Source: Clostridia bacterium
GTDB taxonomy: Bacteria > Bacillota > Clostridia > Christensenellales > Borkfalkiaceae
Assembly: GCA_017452305.1 (NCBI GenBank)
Contig: JAFTMQ010000073.1
Span: 1-30,588 of the forward strand
Length of the DNA stretch: 30,588 nucleotides
Reading direction: 5' to 3'
Shown one piece after another: positions 1 through 9,471 of this stretch. Both the position numbers and the translations under genes were made by a program. The notes under the pieces were generated by a model. The model saw nothing but the letters and a program-made list of their open reading frames with translations. It did no database searches and was not told where the DNA came from. Position 1 is the first letter of the stretch; each line of letters starts with the position of its first letter.

Positions 1-3000
1 CACCGCCACGGGCAAGCCCATTACCGAGCCGCAAACCGTATCCTTTTCTTGCGAGGATGCTCTTTCCCCACCGCCGCTCGGCTTTTCGTTTGCCGTCACC
101 TTAATCTTTACAATCAAGGCTTGTTCGCCGTAGGTATATCGCACGTATTGCGTGTTCGCTTTCAAGGGCTGCGTGTACTTTTCGTCCAACGTCAACTCGC
201 TTGCGTCAAGCTCGATTTGCGAGCCGTCCGTGTAGATAAGCAAGGCAATCAAGCCCGTGCCGTCAAACCTTTCCCCTTCGCTGTATTCCTTTTTATAGCT
301 TGCAAAGGTGGCGATTTTCAATTCCTTAACGCCGACAAACACGCCGAAATGCCCTTTCACCTCACGCAAAAGCGTTTCTGCTTGTTCCAGCTTTTCCAAG
401 CGTTCCGCCGTCGCGTATTGCGCCTGCGTTGCGTTCTCGCGTGCGTTGTTACAATAGAGACGCGCCAAAGCCAACTGCTCGGAATATTTCAAAATTTCTT
501 CCTTCTTCGCCTCGTCGGACGTATCCCACGTAAGCCAAGCTTGTATTTCCGTCAAGTCGATAGCGTCCACAATGCCCACGAACACACTCGTGTTTTCTTC
601 CATCGCAATGCCCGTCGTATGCTTCACGCCAAAGTACGTTCTATATACGTAATTATCATAGCCCAAGCCGTTTTCGGGATAGCGAATAATAAGCTTGCTC
701 TTTTGTCCGCCAAACTGCGTATAATCGAAGAAGTATCCCTCGAAGTTTGCGTAATAGAAGCCCTTATACGTCGATTTCGTCGTGCTGCTGCTCGCTTGGA
801 ATTTAATTTCGTCCGCGATCCAACTGCGGTATTCCGTAGCAAGCCGAGGCGCTTGAATACTCTTAAATTCGTATTCCGTCACGCCGCTTGCAAAGAATGC
901 GGAATCGCCAATCAAGCGCATGCTATACGACAAAATCACCTTGTTGAGCGCCTTGTCGTTCAAGTCGTAGAACGCATAGGCAAGCACGGAAACCGTACCC
1001 TCTTTAATGGTGTAGCTCTTCGCCTTTTCCGCGCCCTCTGCCACACGCGCCGCGGGATAGAGAACAAGCTCGTATTCCCCCTCGCGCACGTTGCGGTAAA
1101 GCACGTTGTTTTCCGCAAAGAACACGGGATTTTCCGCCGCCACCGTCACGGTTGCAAGGCTCGCCGCCGAGCCGAACGCACCCATGCCCACCACGCGTAA
1201 GCTTGCAGGGATTTCCAATGCGGAAATGCTCGTATTCAAGAAGGCAAACGCGCCGATTTCTTCCACGATAGGTATAGTAAGCGAGGTGCAAGCACCCGCT
1301 ACGTCCGCGCCGTTTTGTCCCTCTACGCCGAACGCAAACGCGCCGATTTTCTTCGCCGATTGCAGGTTGAGCGTCTTTAAAGCCGTGTTATAGAAAGCGG
1401 AATCGCCAATCGTTACAACCTTTTCAAGATTGATAGAACGCAGGCTGTACGCATTGTAGAACGCGCCCGCACCGATTTCCGTCACGCTTTCGGGCAGGAC
1501 AAGGGTTTGTAATCTCGTCGCGCCGTAGAACGCGCCGTCGGCAATCGTTTGGATATTCGCGCCGTTAAAGTCCACCGACTTCACGGACGTATTGTAGAAG
1601 GTGTAATCGCCAATCGTCGTTGCATTCGCGCCGAAACTTACGCTTGTAAGTGCTTTCGCACCCGCAAAAGTTTGCGCGCCAAGTCTCGTCACGGACGGTA
1701 AGGCTACGCTTGTAAGCGCGGAGCAATCCTTAAACACGCCGTCGCCCATCGCCCAAATGCCGTCCGCAAGGTCTATCGTTTGCAACGCCTTACAGCCCTC
1801 GAAGACGTAGCTGCCCATTTCCGTCAAGCCGTCCGCCGTAAATGCGGAAAGGTTGCTGTTTGCAAACGCATAATCGCCGAGCGTTTTCACGCTTTGGGGA
1901 AGTACTATACTTTCCAACTTCGAGCCGTAGAACGCGCCCGTCGGGATTTCCGTAATACTCTCGTTGCCCTCTGCAAAAGCCACCGAGGTCAATGCGGAAT
2001 TATAGAAGGCATACGCGCCGATTTTTTGCAGATTTCTGCCAAGGACAACACTTTCCACGCCGCTGTTTGCAAAGGCGTAAGGCGAAATTTCAAGCACCTC
2101 GTCGCCCACCGTAAACGCACCCGTTTTTTGGCTATTCACAAGCAATATCTTACTGCCGTCCGCGGTATAAATAACGCCGTCCCTCTTCACATATTTCTCG
2201 CCCGAAATCTCTACCGTCAAGCCCATAAACGGCGCGCCGTTTAATTGCAGGCTTTCCAAGTCGATTCCGTCGCCGATCGTTACCGTCGAAAGGGTGGTGT
2301 TGGCAAAAATATTGCCGCCCAAAAGCTCTAAACCGTGGAAGTTGAGATAAATATCTTTTAAGCCCGCGCCGGCAAACGCTCGGTTGCCGATTTCGCGCAC
2401 TTTTTCGCCGTTGAAGTCTATTGCAAAGCCGTCCGCCCCGCAGTTTTCAAACGCACGCGCGCCGATGGCAAAGGCAATATTTTCCCCCTTGCTATCCAAC
2501 GTAACCTTGCTAAGGTTGGTGCAATTTGCAAACGCGCCGTCCCCGATCTTCGGGGTGGAAAGGGTAATTTCCGTCAATGCCGTACAGCCCGCAAACATCG
2601 ACTTGCCGATAGCGGTAAATTTGCCCGTCTTTACGCTCGCGATTTGCTTACAGCCCAGGAAGACGTTTTCGCCGCTCATGTGTAAGCCCGTCAAATCCAC
2701 CTCGGTAAGCGCCGTATTCGCAAACGCATAGTGGTGCATCGTACCAATACTCGGCATATCAAACACAGCCTTTAAGGACACGCAATCCATAAACGCCCTA
2801 TGCGCCACGGTGATTGTCTTGACGTTGGAAAGATCTACGTATTGCAGGTTTTTACAGCCGTAGAACGCGTCCTCATAGACCATCGCAAGCGCCGCCCAAT
2901 CGATGTCGGGGTTGACCACCTTTCCGTCCTTCTCACGGTGCTGTACGTCCGAGAAATACACGCCGCGGAGCGCGGTACAGTTCATAAACGCGTATTCGCG

Positions 3001-6000
3001 AATGTCGATAACGCTGTCGGGTATGACGATATATTCGATATTGTCATTGTCCTCAAACGCGCCTGCGCCGATATACCAAATATTCATATCCGTCGGCACG
3101 ACAAGCACCTTTTCGGGTAAGCTGTCGCCGTCGAGGTCGATTTCTTCATTCCAACCTACGCCGTTGTAGTCCGTTAAAACGTAATTGCTTACCGTAAATT
3201 CTTCTTGCACGCGCAAGCTTACGGAAGGGCCGCTCGTTTCAATCCACTTATCCCCGTCTTTACGTTCCATCATCGCGGTGATTGTCGCGCTCCCCTTTTT
3301 CAAAGTCTTGACGTTGCCGCTTTGATCGACGGTTGCCACCTCTTCGTTGGACGAATACCACACAAGCCGCAAATTGGTCAAGGGGTGATACCAAGGGTCT
3401 TTTTCCACCGACAGCGTAAATTCCTCGCCCGCAAATACGCGCACCGTGCCTTGCGCTTTGGTCAAGGACTGCGTGCTCGTTTGCATAGGCCCAAACGAAA
3501 GGGACGGAAGCACCTGCAAAGGCGCTACGTTTTCCGTAACCGTCACGGAAATCACGTGTGTTTCCCCTTTCGGGTTACGCACCAAAATATCCGTAGAGCC
3601 TGCGCGCAAGCCGACGATAACGCCGTTTTTCACGTCCGCAATCGAGGGGAATGCCGACGTCCAACTAAAATTGGACAAATCCGCGTCGCCTTGATAATCA
3701 AGGGCTACCGTATGCGTTTGATAAATATCGAGGGTGATTTTATCTTCCCCTGCCGCCAACTTGAAGCTGTCGGGCAGCATATTGGTGTTTGCACTTTGGA
3801 TATCGATTTTGTACAGACAGCTATTGAGCGCATAGTCGTCAATCTGCACGTAGAAATCCTTGCCGTATTTTTCGTAAATATCGGTGATTTCAATGGAAAG
3901 CTTGCTCGTGCCGTTCCGTACCGCGTTGCGTACGGGCGTGGGGTATTCGGTTGCAAGCTGCAACACCCTCTCGCCCTTGGCGTTGTTGGTAGGATAACAA
4001 AGCATCACCGCTTGCGGATAATGATTATCGTAAACGACAAGGTCTAAGTAAATACGCTCTTTTTCCTTGTTGTTTTCTTTATAATTTTGGAAACGAACGT
4101 TTGCCGATTCCAAAACGGGCGCTTCGTAATCGACGGTAAAGGAAAAGGCAAAGGTATTTTCCTCGGGCACGTGCTCGCCTTCTTTAGGGGGATTTTGGAA
4201 ATATTCAAATTCCATACGGTACGTACCGCCCGCCGTCAAGCCCATCGCCTCGGGGGAAAGACGGAGCTCTACGTTCGCAGGTACGGCACTGCCGCCGCCC
4301 GAATACGCTTTCGCCACGTTGTATAACGTATCCGCATACACCAACTCGCCCGTTACCGCGTCGTACATTCTATAATTCACCACGCGCGCGTTGCGGAGCA
4401 AGCCCGTATATACCGCGCGGATAGAGGTGGACGAAAGATAGTTCTGGTCGCTTCCCTCGCCGTAATATTCGTTATAGCGGGAAACGGCACAATGTTCCTC
4501 GCTTACGTACATGGGTTCGTCATTTTCATCTACGAGATATACGTAGCCACCCATCGGCAACACGTAATCATCGTTATAATACGCCGTATAGGGCAAGGTT
4601 TCCCATACGCTCGCCTTAATTTTGTCCTCGTCCAAAATGGCGGGGTCGGACGCGTTTTGCGCAATTTCAAACGCCGAATAATCGAGCATAGGCGCCGCCG
4701 ACCAATCCCCGTAGAAACCGAGGAAGGGCAAACCCAAATCGCATTGACTTGCATTATCGGATTGCAGCTGCAAGAAGCCTTCCACGTACATACCGTTTTC
4801 AAAAATGCGGTCTATGTACTCTTTTTCGCTCTTATCCAACACTATTTTTACGGAAATCGTCTTTTCCGAATTTGCGCCGACAACAACCTTCCCGTCCGTC
4901 ACGCCTTCCGTCCAAGTTACCTGCGCTTTATCCAAAAGGTGCGCTTGCTCGGACACCGTCAAGCCGTCCACGGACGCGCTTTCCGTCATCAATACGTAGT
5001 TTGCCGTGAAAGAAAGCTCGCTATCGCCAAAGTTCTTTATTTTGAAGCTCATCTCGTACACGCCCGTCTTGTTTGGATCGTCGCCAAGTTCAATCTTGGG
5101 GCGGTAATCGTTTTCCGCTACGTCCGTATAGAGGTAGGCTTGCGTGTTTTCGATGACGTTTTCCAACCGCGCAACGCCCGCGCCTTGCTTACGAGGGGAA
5201 TAGGGCAACCCGTCTTGGTCGTACACTGTGCCCGCCGTGCTCATGGTAAGCTGCATCGCTAAACGGTTAATTTCGCGTGTGTCGGTGATCCCGAGGTCAT
5301 TTTTAATATAACTGCGGACGAGCGCCATAAAGCCCGCCATATTCGGCGACGCCATGGACGTACCGCTCTGTTCGCCGTAGCCGCCGGGGACGGTGGACGT
5401 AATTTCGCCGCCGTGCGCCGTGATTTCGGGCTTTAACTTCAAATCGTGCGTAGGCCCCCACGACGAGAATTCACTCATGAACGGCCCTGCCGCAAACGCT
5501 TCGTCGATTTTCAACGTACCCACGCGGTCGCTGCCCGCCGCCTTGACGAGTTGAATACCTGCATTCATACCGATAGACACTGCGGGGATAAGGTCTTTTT
5601 CCTCAATTTCGCCAAGATTCATACGAATCGTGCCCGAAACGTTGTTGTAAATGACGATAGCCGCCGCGCCCATCTTTTGCGCGACCTCAACCTTTTCCTT
5701 GAAGGTGTTGTCGCCGCGCGCAACCAACGCAATGCGGGGATTTTCGCTGTCGCCAAATTTATTTTGCACGACGCGGTAATCGGAAACGAGCCCCACGCCG
5801 CCCAAGCCGTAGCTATTCACACCGCCGACAACGACGTACTCAAATTCCGTCCTGCCGTAACGGCGGGTAAGTTCCTCAAAGAAATCGTAAGGGTTGCCGT
5901 CGATATCGCGTGATTCTTCATAGAATACGAAGGATTGATTTTCCCCTTCGTTCGCCAAGAAATAGCTTGCCTTTTGCCCGTTGATACTCGCAACGGAAAG

Positions 6001-7356
6001 CGCCGCCGAGAAGGTCGAGGGCGAACCTACCGTACCCGAATCGGGGTTGGAGGTCAAGTTCGTACCATACACGCCGCCGTAGCCCGACGAATAATCGTTG
6101 CTCGCCGCGCACACAAGCGTGATACCCGCGTCTTGTATTCTTTCATATACGTTGGCGAGGGTAATCCCTTCCCAAACCTCGTCGTTGGGGGTAGTAAAGC
6201 CGCAGGACGTACCCAAAGACATATTGATAACGTCCACACCGAGCTTCACGCAATCGTCAAGCGCCGCGATAATATCCTCGGGCACTGCGCCGCCAAGGTC
6301 CTCGTCGTCCAAATCGTCGGTGAATACCTTACAGATAACGAGCTGTGCGTCGGGCACAACCCCTTTAAAGGTTTCGTCAATAGGGTTGCCGTCCTTATCC
6401 GTATAACCCGTCGTATCGTAGCCGCCGATAATACCCGCTACGTGCGTGCCGTGGTTGGAAAAAGAGGGATAAACGTCCGCGTCGTCGTCCGCGTAGTCGT
6501 ACGCAAACGGCACTTTCTCGCTCATATATACGTCGTTGACGTCCAAACCGCCGTTGCGCCTTTCCGCGCTCAACCCACGGTTTGCCACCATATCCTTCAC
6601 GTAGTCCTTACTCCAAGCGACGTCCACGTTTTCGTGCTCGAAGTCTTGAAACGCCTCGTGCGTGTAGTCAAGCCCCGTATCCAAAATCGCAACGACCGTC
6701 CCCTCGCCGTACTTTTCGGCATATGCGGACGAATCGTAAATACCCGTATCATAAACGCTCGTTTGGTTGGTGATTACGCCGTCCTCGTTCGTCGTTTTCG
6801 CATTCTTTACCGTATCGGGAACGGAATACTTGCCCGTCGCAAACGCGCTTTGCACACCTTTCATCTCACGGATGACGTCCAAGTATTGCGTATTGACGCG
6901 GATCGCCAAGCCGTTTAAAACGGTGTTGTAGCTCTGCACCAATTCATACGCAATCCCGCGCTTGGATAAATTGCTTAAAAAGGCGGTTTGCTCCCCGTCG
7001 ATATCGACAAGCGCGCGCTCGCCCGAAAAACTCTCGGCGTAAGCGGAAACCGTTTCCCCCTTCGCGCGCTCTATAAGCGGCTGTTTAGAGAGGGTGACAA
7101 GCACCGTTCTCGTTTCGTACTTGGGCGCGACGTCCTCCGTCTTCATCACTGAGCTGTTGAAGTTTTGCTTCACCATACTCGACGTGTCAAATTGCCCTGT
7201 CACGTTGGTGAAGCTCGTATCCGTCGGCGTTGCCGTGACGGAATTGCTCGGTTGCACGCTGTCCGCGCTAATACGAATAACGCGTTCTAAAACGAGACTT
7301 GACGCCATTGCCAAAGCCAACGCACCGCATACTATCCGTTTTACTGATTTCTTCAT
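1..7356 (-). CDS. Very large secreted S8 (subtilisin/lactocepin/C5a-peptidase-like) serine protease, >=2452 aa, truncated at its 3' end by the window edge. Order: signal peptide, I9-like propeptide, S8 catalytic domain with PA insert, Fn3-like region, two Ig-like (Big_2-type) domains, long BspA-type LRR region, helical segment, Ig-like domain, C-terminal CGS plus hydrophobic tail
   Basis: Translated by hand. ATG at 7356 follows GGGAGG and gives MKKSVKRIVCGALALAM. Catalytic motifs are VVAILDTG (Asp codon 6679-6681, D226), NHGTHVAG (His 6451-6453, H302) and GTSMASP (Ser 5356-5358, S667). Also seen: PA-like IALVARGDNTFKEKV near 5650-5750, SPRKQGAG near 5180-5200, WYSSNEEVATVDQSG (Big_2-like) near 3320-3365, and many IGxxAF repeats at ~865-3090. 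The long plus-strand shadow ORFs starting at 49, 1780, 2800, 3205, 4087, 4492, 5446 and 5935 all lie in the antisense of this one frame. The ORF track lists no ORF from 7356, consistent with no in-frame stop before position 1. Confidence 0.93.
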   Translation of the reverse strand, partial: MKKSVKRIVCGALALAMASSLVLERVIRISADSVQPSNSVTATPTDTSFTNVTGQFDTSSMVKQNFNSSVMKTEDVAPKYETRTVLVTLSKQPLIERAKGETVSAYAESFSGERALVDIDGEQTAFLSNLSKRGIAYELVQSYNTVLNGLAIRVNTQYLDVIREMKGVQSAFATGKYSVPDTVKNAKTTNEDGVITNQTSVYDTGIYDSSAYAEKYGEGTVVAILDTGLDYTHEAFQDFEHENVDVAWSKDYVKDMVANRGLSAERRNGGLDVNDVYMSEKVPFAYDYADDDADVYPSFSNHGTHVAGIIGGYDTTGYTDKDGNPIDETFKGVVPDAQLVICKVFTDDLDDEDLGGAVPEDIIAALDDCVKLGVDVINMSLGTSCGFTTPNDEVWEGITLANVYERIQDAGITLVCAASNDYSSGYGGVYGTNLTSNPDSGTVGSPSTFSAALSVASINGQKASYFLANEGENQSFVFYEESRDIDGNPYDFFEELTRRYGRTEFEYVVVGGVNSYGLGGVGLVSDYRVVQNKFGDSENPRIALVARGDNTFKEKVEVAQKMGAAAIVIYNNVSGTIRMNLGEIEEKDLIPAVSIGMNAGIQLVKAAGSDRVGTLKIDEAFAAGPFMSEFSSWGPTHDLKLKPEITAHGGEITSTVPGGYGEQSGTSMASPNMAGFMALVRSYIKNDLGITDTREINRLAMQLTMSTAGTVYDQDGLPYSPRKQGAGVARLENVIENTQAYLYTDVAENDYRPKIELGDDPNKTGVYEMSFKIKNFGDSELSFTANYVLMTESASVDGLTVSEQAHLLDKAQVTWTEGVTDGKVVVGANSEKTISVKIVLDKSEKEYIDRIFENGMYVEGFLQLQSDNASQCDLGLPFLGFYGDWSAAPMLDYSAFEIAQNASDPAILDEDKIKASVWETLPYTAYYNDDYVLPMGGYVYLVDENDEPMYVSEEHCAVSRYNEYYGEGSDQNYLSSTSIRAVYTGLLRNARVVNYRMYDAVTGELVYADTLYNVAKAYSGGGSAVPANVELRLSPEAMGLTAGGTYRMEFEYFQNPPKEGEHVPEENTFAFSFTVDYEAPVLESANVRFQNYKENNKEKERIYLDLVVYDNHYPQAVMLCYPTNNAKGERVLQLATEYPTPVRNAVRNGTSKLSIEITDIYEKYGKDFYVQIDDYALNSCLYKIDIQSANTNMLPDSFKLAAGEDKITLDIYQTHTVALDYQGDADLSNFSWTSAFPSIADVKNGVIVGLRAGSTDILVRNPKGETHVISVTVTENVAPLQVLPSLSFGPMQTSTQSLTKAQGTVRVFAGEEFTLSVEKDPWYHPLTNLRLVWYSSNEEVATVDQSGNVKTLKKGSATITAMMERKDGDKWIETSGPSVSLRVQEEFTVSNYVLTDYNGVGWNEEIDLDGDSLPEKVLVVPTDMNIWYIGAGAFEDNDNIEYIVIPDSVIDIREYAFMNCTALRGVYFSDVQHREKDGKVVNPDIDWAALAMVYEDAFYGCKNLQYVDLSNVKTITVAHRAFMDCVSLKAVFDMPSIGTMHHYAFANTALTEVDLTGLHMSGENVFLGCKQIASVKTGKFTAIGKSMFAGCTALTEITLSTPKIGDGAFANCTNLSKVTLDSKGENIAFAIGARAFENCGADGFAIDFNGEKVREIGNRAFAGAGLKDIYLNFHGLELLGGNIFANTTLSTVTIGDGIDLESLQLNGAPFMGLTVEISGEKYVKRDGVIYTADGSKILLVNSQKTGAFTVGDEVLEISPYAFANSGVESVVLGRNLQKIGAYAFYNSALTSVAFAEGNESITEIPTGAFYGSKLESIVLPQSVKTLGDYAFANSNLSAFTADGLTEMGSYVFEGCKALQTIDLADGIWAMGDGVFKDCSALTSVALPSVTRLGAQTFAGAKALTSVSFGANATTIGDYTFYNTSVKSVDFNGANIQTIADGAFYGATRLQTLVLPESVTEIGAGAFYNAYSLRSINLEKVVTIGDSAFYNTALKTLNLQSAKKIGAFAFGVEGQNGADVAGACTSLTIPIVEEIGAFAFLNTSISALEIPASLRVVGMGAFGSAASLATVTVAAENPVFFAENNVLYRNVREGEYELVLYPAARVAEGAEKAKSYTIKEGTVSVLAYAFYDLNDKALNKVILSYSMRLIGDSAFFASGVTEYEFKSIQAPRLATEYRSWIADEIKFQASSSTTKSTYKGFYYANFEGYFFDYTQFGGQKSKLIIRYPENGLGYDNYVYRTYFGVKHTTGIAMEENTSVFVGIVDAIDLTEIQAWLTWDTSDEAKKEEILKYSEQLALARLYCNNARENATQAQYATAERLEKLEQAETLLREVKGHFGVFVGVKELKIATFASYKKEYSEGERFDGTGLIALLIYTDGSQIELDASELTLDEKYTQPLKANTQYVRYTYGEQALIVKIKVTANEKPSGGGERASSQEKDTVCGSVMGLPVAV

Positions 7357-7507
7357 ATATCCTCCCGATTGACAAAAATCAATCTGCTTAGTTTCCATGT
7401 TATACCGCCAAGCCGTCCGTAAATTTTTTATGCTCTTTTATATGCCGACTTTTCGGTTGTGCACGTTGGGCGTTCTTATAGAACGCCCCATTATTCCAGT
7501 TTACTTC

Positions 7508-7536
7508 ATTATATCTTTTTTGGGGACGATTGTCAA
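7508..7536 (-). promoter_or_regulatory. Consensus sigma70/SigA promoter for the S8 protease gene
   Basis: The minus strand reads TTGACA (7536-7531), a 17-nt spacer, then TATAAT (7513-7508). This predicts a ~145-nt 5' leader. Confidence 0.85.
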
Positions 7537-7561
7537 GAATTTTTTGTGTTTTGGGCAACGT

Positions 7562-7605
7562 AAAAATCCCGTCCTCGCACGCTTTTACGCCCAAGGACGG
7601 GATTT
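7562..7605 (-). terminator. Intrinsic terminator of the uxa-kdgK operon
   Basis: 12-bp inverted repeat aaatcccgtcct (7564-7575) / aggacgggattt (7594-7605), running into a T tract on the minus strand, 26 nt past the kdgK stop. Confidence 0.8.
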
Positions 7606-7630
7606 ATTGTTTTTTGGTGGCTATAAAAAA

Positions 7631-8653
7631 TTATCTTTGCACTCTGCCGCTTGCGTCGCCGCCTGCAAGGTTCATCACTTCCGCTACGGAAACCATGTTA
7701 TAGTCCCCCTCTACGGAATGCTTCAAGCAGCTTGCCGCAACTGCAAATTCAATCGCTTGTTGGGGTGCAAACCCATTGACGAGCGAGTAAATAAGCCCGC
7801 CGCCAAAGCTGTCGCCGCCGCCTACGCGGTCAACGATGTGCATGGAATATTTTTTAGAGAATACCGCCTCGCCGTTCGTGTAAAGCATACCCGACCAATC
7901 GTTGTCGCTTGCCGATTTGCTCTCGCGCAGGGTGATTGCTACCCCCTTGAAATTGAAGCGGTCGGTCAACTTTTTCGCAACGGAAATATACCCCTCGTGG
8001 TTGAGCTTACCGCCGTAAATATCGGTGTTGTCCGCTTCGATCCCAAATACGTCCTTCGCGTCCTCCTCGTTTGCGATACAGTAGTCGATATAGTGGCAAA
8101 GCTCGCCCATCACTTGCCCTGCTTTTTCCTTACTCCAAAGCTTTTTACGGAAGTTCAAGTCGCAGGAAATCGTGATATTCTTCGCCTTCGCCGCCTTGCA
8201 TGCTTCGAGGCAAATTTCCGCCGTCTCGTCGCTCAAAGCGGGGGTGATACCCGTGAAGTGGAACCATTCCACGCCGTCGAAAATTTTATCCCAATCAAAG
8301 TCGGCTTTCTTCGCCATGGCAATGGACGAATACGCTCTGTCATAAATTACTTTCGAGGGGCGTTGCGACGCGCCTTTTTCGCAGTAATAAATGCCTACTC
8401 TCTCGCCGCCGCGCACGATTTTGCTCGTGTCAACGCCGAATTTACGCAAGGAATTTACCGCCGCTTGACCAATCTCGTGGGTGGGCAATTTGGACACAAA
8501 CGCCGCGTCCAAGCCGTAATTCGCAAGGGAAACCGCCACGTTTGCTTCCGCGCCGCCAAAGGTCGCCTGCAATTTATCGCTTTGCACAAAACGCAAATAG
8601 CCCTCGGGTGCAAGTCTTAACATCAATTCGCCAAAAGTTACGATTTTTTTCAT
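7631..8653 (-). CDS. kdgK: 2-keto-3-deoxygluconate kinase (PfkB family)
   Basis: N-terminal VTFGELMLRL, GGAEANVA, FHFTGITPA and the PfkB C-terminal signature VDRVGGGDSF; lies in a uronate operon. Confidence 0.93.
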   Translation of the reverse strand: MKKIVTFGELMLRLAPEGYLRFVQSDKLQATFGGAEANVAVSLANYGLDAAFVSKLPTHEIGQAAVNSLRKFGVDTSKIVRGGERVGIYYCEKGASQRPSKVIYDRAYSSIAMAKKADFDWDKIFDGVEWFHFTGITPALSDETAEICLEACKAAKAKNITISCDLNFRKKLWSKEKAGQVMGELCHYIDYCIANEEDAKDVFGIEADNTDIYGGKLNHEGYISVAKKLTDRFNFKGVAITLRESKSASDNDWSGMLYTNGEAVFSKKYSMHIVDRVGGGDSFGGGLIYSLVNGFAPQQAIEFAVAASCLKHSVEGDYNMVSVAEVMNLAGGDASGRVQR

Positions 8654-8668
8654 GATTTATTACCTCTT

Positions 8669-9448
8669 TTAATTATTTTTTATGCTTTGAAATGCTTGAA
8701 AATATCTTTCGCCAAGCAAGTGCAAGGACTGTCTGGAAAAATGAATATCGTCCCCGTTTTGCAATGTTTCATTGTTGGAAAGCAAATCCGCCGTTTCTAC
8801 AAACGCGCAATGCTTTTCTTCCGCCGTCAAATCACGGATTTTTTGCACGATCGGGCGGCAAATTTCCTCATTTTTACTCTTCCATTCTCGCGCAAAATCG
8901 CCCGCGATAAAGGGAATATCCTCGCCGTAGCGCGCGCGAAAATCGTGTAGCTGTGCCGTTAATTGCGCCTTAAATTCATTCGGCTCACTTCCCTCAAACG
9001 CGTCGTGTTCCCCTTGATGCCACAAAAAGCCGATGACGCGGTTTTCGGGGTGCAAAGACAGGGCATAGTCCGTCATTTCCAATAATTTATTATACAAAAC
9101 CTTCCCTATGCCCCAATGATTTTTCTTAAAGCCCGTGCCGCCAATCGCCGCGCGGACAATCAACAGCTTTCTATCCGCTTGCAAAAGTCTCGCTTTTTCA
9201 TACTCTTCGGCAAAGGTCAACGAAAAATCGCCCGTTACGTTGCCGTTTACCACACGTTCTGCGGCGGGAACAATTTGAAAGGGCTTGTCGGCGTACGTGA
9301 TAATCATATTATCCTCACCGACTTCCACCGTCTTTTCGGCGTCTAAATACCAAACGTTAGGCGAAATAGGCAACTCACGCGCGACGGGGCCGCACCCCGT
9401 CCCTTCCGCATTCGACTGTCCGCCTTGTACAATAATATCGTATCGCAT
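8669..9448 (-). CDS. SGNH-hydrolase carbohydrate O-acetylesterase (SASA / CE6-like), no signal peptide
   Basis: GQSN (catalytic Ser block), WHQGE and DDIH (DxxH) motifs. Start moved from 9475 to ATG 9448, which follows AAGGA and avoids overlap with the upstream gene. Confidence 0.82.
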   Translation of the reverse strand: MRYDIIVQGGQSNAEGTGCGPVARELPISPNVWYLDAEKTVEVGEDNMIITYADKPFQIVPAAERVVNGNVTGDFSLTFAEEYEKARLLQADRKLLIVRAAIGGTGFKKNHWGIGKVLYNKLLEMTDYALSLHPENRVIGFLWHQGEHDAFEGSEPNEFKAQLTAQLHDFRARYGEDIPFIAGDFAREWKSKNEEICRPIVQKIRDLTAEEKHCAFVETADLLSNNETLQNGDDIHFSRQSLHLLGERYFQAFQSIKNN

Positions 9449-9471
9449 AGCTTTATCCTTTTTGCGTAATA

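Noticed and set aside
49-6918. Long plus-strand ORFs (49-1200, 1780-2244, 3205-4047, 4492-5262, 5935-6918 and others) and short minus-strand ORFs in this interval
   Set aside because: The long ones lie in the exact antisense frame of the S8 protease gene. None has an RBS or a recognisable protein motif, so they are shadow ORFs.
7430-7505. Resemblance of the S8 leader to c-di-GMP-I/II riboswitches, and of the 20312-20436 leader to the ZTP riboswitch
   Set aside because: Only fragments match (GGAA..AAUG, GNRA hairpins); the conserved cores of those aptamers are not present.
7397-8620. 407-aa plus-strand ORF opposite kdgK, and similar plus-strand ORFs opposite the other genes up to 30152
   Set aside because: These are antisense shadows of well-supported minus-strand genes; their translations are not protein-like and lack initiation signals.
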